Assembly (NCBI RefSeq): GCF_006345805.1
Contig: NW_021833125.1
Span: 1 to 29,287 of the forward strand
Direction of reading: 5' to 3'
DNA: 29,287 nt
From: Octopus sinensis
Lineage: Eukaryota
The notes beneath the pieces were generated by a model, which saw only the letters and a program-made list of their open reading frames with translations, was not told where the DNA came from and made no database searches. Position numbers and translations under genes: made by a program. Position 1 is the first letter of the stretch. The number at the start of each line of letters is the position of its first letter. Below, piece by piece: positions 22,477-29,287 of the stretch.

Positions 22477-23521
22477 TGTTTCTTTATTAGCCACACAGGG
22501 CTGCACACAGATAGAACAAATTACAAGGTAGAGCTTTTCTTTTGAAGGTTAAAAAAAAAAAAAGGAAGGAGGAGTTTCGATCAAAAGGGATCGTAAAAGG
22601 AGAGAAAGAGGACAAAAAAAGGGGGGTTTAAAAAAAAGGGGGAGAGGAAAAAAAAATGATCAATAGGGATCGTTATCACAGAAATGTCAATATGAAGTGT
22701 AAAGGGGAGGACAGGTGAGGTTTACCCGTGGAAAGAAAAGCCTACGGAAAAGACCACGGTAACCTCGGTCAATGGAGTCACATGTTATATTTCTTTTTTT
22801 TTTTTTTTTGCAAATAAGCAACTCTCTGTTTTCAATTTCTGGGTTCATAGGATCATGCTCAAGGTGGCTTCGTCATTCATACGTGCCATTCTTGCTACAT
22901 TCACCCATCTTTTTTTAAAACATTCGCTAGACAAAACTTGCCTCTCTACTCTCACTTTCCTTTTCAAGTGGTACTTGAAGAAGTTGATGAGAGATTGACC
23001 AGAGAGGAAAGTGTTCGTCTCCAATCCTTTCAGACGCGTCCACCAGATACATTCTTTCGCCATAGCCACAAGGATGATGAAAATAGCTCTTCCTTCCCGT
23101 TTGAAGGAGGGAGGCGTGACAATATTGACGATAGACTCAGCTGATAAACCGACTCGTCCCACACGTGACAGCAGTTGTTCGACACAAGCCCACAGGTCGG
23201 AAATTGTTGGACACTGCACGAGTGCGTGCAGAACGGTTTCGTCGCTCTGACCGCATCTCGGGCAGGTCGGCCCCGTGTTTCTCGAGCCGTGTCTGTAGAG
23301 CTTGTCCCGAACGGGTAGCGCTTCTCGGTAGCACTGCCAGGCCAGGGATCTCTGGAAGTTGTCCATGGGCCCTGGCCCGAAAGTCGTCCTGAACAGGCGG
23401 GTCAGGTACTCCTCGTCGACGTCCAGGTTCGCCCCGAGCTCGTCGTAGTACCTTCCCTCCACTAAACCCCTATAGAATGCTTTGGTTGTGTTGAAGTCAC
23501 TCAAGGTCGACCCAGGACGGC
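22477..23521 (-). mobile_element. 5'-truncated L1/Tx1-type non-LTR retrotransposon (ORF2 C-terminus plus ~370 bp 3'UTR)
   Basis: Coding remnant followed by a pyrimidine-rich UTR ending ctaataaagaaaca|(TATC)n; GATA arrays on both sides. Confidence 0.88.
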
Positions 23522-23522
23522 T
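22845..23522 (-). pseudogene. ORF2 C-terminal fragment with zf-RVT zinc finger (225 codons, open)
   Basis: AWQCYREALPVRDKLYRHG..CPRCGQSDETVLHALVQC..LW (CX2C..H..C finger typical of L1/Tx1 ORF2). The upstream 'YLSI' part of the 303-aa ORF is translated microsatellite. Confidence 0.88.
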
Positions 23523-23593
23523 AGATAGATAGATAGAGATAGATAGATAAATAGATAAATAGATAATAGATAGATAGATAGATAGATAGATAG

Positions 23594-23666
<73 letters not shown>
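23522..23666. repeat. (GATA)n array at the LINE 5' junction
   Basis: Same strand and same GAGA interruptions as 22140-22476. Confidence 0.97.
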
Positions 23667-23668
<2 letters not shown>

Positions 23669-23804
23669 GGATGCGTGGATGGATTTGATAGAGAGACAGA
23701 GGAAGAATAAGAAAGCAGGAAGAAGACAAAAAACAAAGGAAATAGGAAGTACACATATAGACATATTTCTGAGATAGCAGACGACGTTAAAGCAAAAAAC
23801 AGCC

Positions 23805-24160
23805 GTGACTGGAAGATCGAAAGCAGATTTCAGAAAAAAGTAGAATATCTAAATAAAAAATGAAGTGGAAGAGGTCTAGAAAAATGAATGATAGAAAAAA
23901 ATTGAAGAAGTAAAGAATGATAAGTATCAAAAGGGTGACTACAGACGGCAGACGACTGTAAAATCAGTGGAGAGGAATGATTGTCACTCAAGCACACACG
24001 GTAGATGCTTGGAAAACAAAATGGATGAAAAGTGTTCCAAAAATATGTAGGAGTAGGAAGGAATGGAAAAAAGTTTTTATACTCAGAGAGAAATGAAGGA
24101 ATCTTTGAAAAGATAATGGTATGGTAAAACCACATCAAGGAACGAGGAAAACTTCTGGTT
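23805..24160. repeat. Three-copy block, copy 3 (core 23938-24160)
   Basis: Homologous to copy 1. Confidence 0.9.
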
Positions 24161-24614
24161 GTGCGTTCGATACTGTTATATACATATCTGAAAGTAGTAA
24201 CATATCCGATAAGATTGGTGTAAGATTTGGTAAATGTGAGTCGACGGAATGCGTAAAGACGAAGGTTTTGAGGGGAAGGAAAGGATAATGAGCCGGGGGC
24301 GGTGTTGGTTGGGGTAGTGGTGGTGGAGAAGATTTTGAGGTGAAGGAGGTGAGGTGTTTGGTGGAAGGGTGAGAGTGGGAGGAGAAAGAGGAGTAGGGGT
24401 GCCGTATATGGATATATACAAATGTATGTGTGTGTATATACGAATGTATAAATGTATATATATGTGTGTGGGTATATATAAATGTATATGTATGTGTGTG
24501 CATACAAAGATATATATACATAAATACCAATAGATATAAACATATACATATTCAGACGTTCATGTATAATTAAGTACATTCATATATATATCTATTCTTC
24601 TATCCTTCTATCTA

Positions 24615-24830
<216 letters not shown>

Positions 24831-25254
24831 GCATATATATATCAATGCACTTATACTTGTGTAATATATATATATAATAATCTCTCATTCTTTCCTACTC
24901 TCTCTCTCTCACTTGCTGTACATTCACAAACACTCTCAGATGTATGCACACAACTGTACGTATAAGCATATAAGCTTACATACATTCCGATATCTATACA
25001 CATATAGCTACAACATAAAACGCTCATACGCACATAAATACCTCAACACACACACACAAAACACACACAAAACTCACACGCACAAAATTCAAGATGGAAG
25101 GAAAGAAAGCGACGGCGGCCGAATGATTTCGATATTAAATTTAAAATCTGACGGTTATTTTAATTCCAGGTTTTATGAATACAATCTACACCTTCTGTTA
25201 TATACATCAGTTTTATTCAACTCAGAGGAGGTCTGAACACATTATTCCATTAAA

Positions 25255-25500
<246 letters not shown>

Positions 25501-25734
25501 CACTCACACACATGCACACACACCCACACGCACGCACACACAGAGACACACACATATCTCTATATATATGCAGGCGTGTACACAGCCGTATGTAAAAATA
25601 TATATTCTGATATTTATATGTATATACCTACATATAAAACACACTCTCATACATAGATACCTCATCATACAAACACACACACACGCACACACGCACACAC
25701 ACACGCACACACGCACACACAAACACACAAACAC

Positions 25735-25838
25735 AATCATCATCATCATTATCATCTTCATCATCATTATTATTATTATGATCATTTTTATCATTACTAT
25801 TATTTTTAGTAGTACTAGTAGTGGCGGTTGTGGTGATG

Positions 25839-25881
<43 letters not shown>

Positions 25882-25926
25882 CAGTAGTAGTTGTTGTAGT
25901 AAAAGTAGTAGTAGTAGTAGTAGTAA

Positions 25927-25966
<40 letters not shown>
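25735..25966. repeat. (CAT/TAT)n then (AGT)n microsatellites
   Basis: Tandem trinucleotides. Confidence 0.95.
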
Positions 25967-26374
25967 CTTATTGGAATTTCCCTTTTACTCAGAGAGCGTT
26001 TGACGTTATGGCTTGTCCAGATTGTCTCTGGGTGGCTTTTCTGACTCCCACCCCACGCTCCACAAATTAATCTCAAAAGATTTTTTTCCTCTTTTTTGTT
26101 TTCTATCCTACCGATATACCCGCGCATACACAAACACACAAACATACACGCATTTGTGTATACACACAGACACAAACACATAAATATACAGACACACACA
26201 TATTTATTAATGTGCAATGTTTTTATGTATAACTCTGCGTGTGTACAAACGTTTCATATGAAGCAACATTTTTCAGGGGCCAGACGAAGGTCCCTGAGGA
26301 ATGAGCAGTAGTTAGACATCAAATGATGTAAAGTATGTAAGGTTTAATGAGAAATAAAACATTTTTGCTCTACG

Positions 26375-27150
26375 TCTTTTCATCTTTTACTTGTTTGAGT
26401 TAGAGGACTTAGGCCATACTGTGGAGGCGCAATGGCCCAGTGGTTAGGGCAGCGGACTCGCGGTCATAGGATCGCGGTTTCGATTCCCAAACCGGGCGTT
26501 GTGAGTGTTTATTGAGCGAAAACACCTAAAAGCTCCACGAGGCTCCGGCAGGGAATGGTGGTGATCCCTGCTGTACTCTTTCACCACAACTTTCTCTCAC
26601 TCTTACTTCCTGTTTCTGTTGTACCTGTATTTCAAAGGGCCGGCCTTGTCACTCTCTGTGTCACGCTGAATATCCCCGAGAACTACGTTAAGGGTACACG
26701 TGTCTGTGGAGTGCTCAGCCACTTACACGTTAATTTCACGAGCAGGCTGTTCCGTTGATTCGGATCAACCGGAACTCTCATCGTCGTAACCGACGGAGTG
26801 CTTCCATCCATTAGCCCATATTGGAGCACCGCCTTGAAGTGTTTTGCCATAAAAAATGGCTGGTACTTATCCTATCAGTATATTTTTCCGAGCTGGTAAG
26901 TGATGCAGACACAAATAAACCAGTACCGGCTGTCAAGCGGTGAAGAGAAACATAGGTACAAACACACACACACGTATGCGCACGCACACACATACACACA
27001 CGCATATACATACATACATACAAATATATATGTATAAGCAACTTGCTTCCATGTAATTTTTGCCTAGCAAGGGCTGCGGTCGGTCCGTGGCTATACTAAA
27101 AGATACTTGTCCAAGGTACCGAGCAGTAGAACTGAACCCGAAACTATATC
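26375..27150 (-). mobile_element. Old SINE-A split by the SINE-C insertion
   Basis: ttttacttgtttgag..ggccatactg before and gagcaccgccttgaag..ggctgtcaagcgg after the insertion; head remnant at ~27040-27150. Confidence 0.6.
26423..26810 (+). mobile_element. SINE-C with tail type 2 (C head/body plus the tail used by SINE-E)
   Basis: tRNA-like head as at 6676; tail ..gctgttccgttgattcggatcaaccggaactctcatcgtcgtaaccgacggagtgc; TSD ttaggccatactg (26409-26421) / ttagcccatattg (26811-26823), 11/13 match. Confidence 0.88.
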
Positions 27151-27484
27151 GCTGGATAGTGATTCCCGCACCTATATTTCAAAATAGATCATGTTTCACC
27201 TATATTAGTATACCTAATAGATATATTATTCAGTTGTTGGTTAACTCCTACGTTTTACTATTTATTACTATGTAAATTTAGGAACTACGTTGTTAATTAA
27301 ATAGTTATCATTAAGGGGACAGTTAGTAGCTATTCTATAGTTGCAGTATAGCAACCAGTCTTTATCAAAGGTTTGTAGTTATTTTTAGTTGTAGTATTAG
27401 AATTATTTTCTTAGGCGTTGAAAAGACAGATTCCTGAGGGGACGTTGGAAAAGAAATTTATTATTATCGATCATGCTAATAGCG

Positions 27485-27665
27485 AAGTCGTAGAATCGTT
27501 GGCAGGCCGGACAGAGTGCTTAGCAGTATTTCGTCTGTTTTTACGTTCTGTGTTCGAATTCCGCTGATATCAACTGTGTCTTTAATCCTTTCAGTGTCAA
27601 TAAAGTATGTGCCAGTTGGGCACTGGGGTTAGTGCAAGCGTCTTCCCCTTCCCCTCAAAATTGTT
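27485..27665 (+). mobile_element. SINE-B-like, old monomer with the alternative tail
   Basis: gtagaatcgttggcaggccggac..cttagcagtatttcgtctg..acgttctgtgttcgaattcc..cccttcccctcaaaatt. Confidence 0.65.
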
Positions 27666-28151
27666 CCATATATGGTCAGTGACAATCTTCATAGTACCAG
27701 TTTGTTCAACATAGACATACTTATGATAAAATAATAATTATGAGCGACAGAAACAGTATGAATATCAAAAGGTAATATTTATCTCTACTTAAAAGTGGAT
27801 ATTGTGTTAGAACACACAATACTGTAATGGTTACCATGAGATAACCTCTCATAGGGACTTGTGGTGCATATAAGCACTCTTGTTTACATCGCTAGCGAGA
27901 GACAATCACCGCCATCGCTGCCAATGTAGGTAATGATGTCTAGTATTCTTATTACTCGAACCGCTGCTATTTTTGTACGCTTAGTTAGCTTTTCACTACT
28001 ACTTTCCTTGTGTAGTGCATGGATAGAACAAACTGCAGTCTGTATTTATTTTATGTGCGTGAAACCTTTGATATGCCGTTATGTTATGTTATATAGCTTT
28101 TTAAATTTAGAACACTTAATATATTACAAGAAAAGTTCCCCAGAAAGTTCC

Positions 28152-28480
28152 TGAGGGTAAACTGGCGGGATAGTGTCACAAATGAGGAGGTTCTAAGAAG
28201 TACAAGGTCACGACCACAGCAAGAAAATTAACTAGAGCACAGATTCTGCCTGGTTGGCCACATCAACCGTCTAGCCGGTCAACGGCACTCGAAAACAACC
28301 TTGATATGGGTACCACATAGAAAGAGTTGGTATGAAATCACTTGGCAGCAGACATTTCAAGATGGCCTGAAGACAAAACATATTAATAGGATGGATGTAC
28401 AAGAGTAACAACCTATTCGACTTTGTTTACTGCCAAATACGCCGGCATCACCGGAGAACCTAAAGCTAAAACCAACAGTT
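28152..28480 (+). pseudogene. RTE-clade LINE 3' fragment
   Basis: LRVNWRDSVTNEEVLRST..CLVGHINRL..LIWVP..TWQQTFQDGL, matching the RTE C-terminal W.D.VTNEEVL and GH..R motifs; one in-frame stop. Confidence 0.8.
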
Positions 28481-28833
28481 AGGGTATATAGAGCATTTTC
28501 CCCGCTAACCCATTTCATCTGGGCGCTTCAGTATAATAATCAGTAATATTGTTTAAAGATTTCTCGTTGGCTGATAGTTAGGAAATTCTAATTAAATTAA
28601 CAATAACTGATCATGGGTGGTTAGAACGCCTATGTATGTATTGCTGGTCTTCGTTAGTTTCAGGGAATGGGTAACGTAATCCTGTGACAAGTGATAATGT
28701 TACGTTCAGTAAAATTAGTTCTCTTCGTATTGCTATGAAAATTCAACCACACACATACATATATACATAGATACATGCATACTGACAAATAGACAGACAG
28801 GCAGACAGATAATCATATATATATATATATATA

Positions 28834-28937
28834 TGTTTCTTTATTAGCCACACAGGCAGGACAAATTACAAGGTAAAGCTTTTCTTTTGGAGATAAAAAG
28901 GGGGGTTGGTTTTCGATCAAAAGGGATCGTAAAAGGA
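28834..28937 (-). mobile_element. 3'-terminal fragment of the same L1/Tx1 family as 22477-23521
   Basis: tgtttctttattagccacacagg..acaaattacaaggta.agcttttctttt..ttcgatcaaaagggatcgtaaaagga matches 22477-22600 with deletions; flanked by (TA)n and degenerate GATA/GACA tracts. Confidence 0.85.
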
Positions 28938-29287
28938 AAGAAAGAAGAAAGCAAAAGCAAAAAAAAAGACAGATAGATTAGTAGACGGGTCGATAGACAG
29001 ACGGGTGGATAGATAGACAAACAGATAGAGAGAGTGGGAGAGAGAGAGAGAGAGAGAGAACGAGAGATGGATAGACAGGCAGTCAGACAGACAGATAGAC
29101 AGAAAGATAGCTAGATAGATAGATAGACAGACAAAAAAACACACACACACATAGATACACGGACAGACAGACAGGCAGACAGATATTCCAGATGAGACGC
29201 CCACACGGAAGACGTAAGTGACCCAGTTAGGTAGCTAAGTGGGGAAAACACGAAATATGCCCGAGGGCCCAAAACCTTTATAAAATT

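Noticed and set aside
22845-23756. 303-aa ORF as a complete gene
   Set aside because: The first ~78 codons are translated (TATC)n and flank; only 22845-23522 is real LINE ORF2 sequence
23830-24579. 249-aa ORF on the - strand
   Set aside because: Built from TA/CA microsatellite and the pyrimidine-rich three-copy block; no recognisable domain, and I saw no equivalent long ORF across copies 1 and 2
26277-26338. Candidate exon with tttttcag acceptor and gtatgt donor
   Set aside because: Stop codons in all three frames
29191-29220. Candidate 22-nt micro-exon (cag|...|gtaagt)
   Set aside because: Upstream sequence is purine-rich GACA/GATA repeat, the site is near the window edge, and there is no supporting context

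Overview
Eukaryotic, repeat-saturated, apparently non-genic DNA. The mix of tRNA-derived SINEs, RTE and L1/Tx1 LINEs, mariner and very dense (TA)n/(GATA)n/(AAT)n microsatellites suggests a coleoid cephalopod, most likely Octopus (inference from recalled repeat families, not a database search). I find no convincing host protein-coding gene. The recognisable protein homology is all transposon-derived: an intact 225-codon C-terminal L1/Tx1 ORF2 fragment with a zf-RVT finger (22845-23522, -), decayed RTE ORF fragments, and an internally deleted mariner transposase. Best candidate for an undescribed system is a Tx1/L1-type LINE plus partner SINE. The LINE sits in a (GATA)n array and its last ~50 nt match the 3' tail of SINE family 'B' (about 40 of 49 aligned nt, counted by hand). 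SINE-B forms head-plus-concatemer arrays at three loci with the identical junction aaagaaata|ggtatttc, each bounded by target-site-duplication-like repeats. Also present: three inverted-repeat structures (potential long dsRNA), a three-copy GATA-associated block, SINE head/tail swapping, an amplified RTE C-terminal module, and an LTR+PBS remnant. Family letters A-E are my working labels. Boundaries of decayed repeats are approximate.
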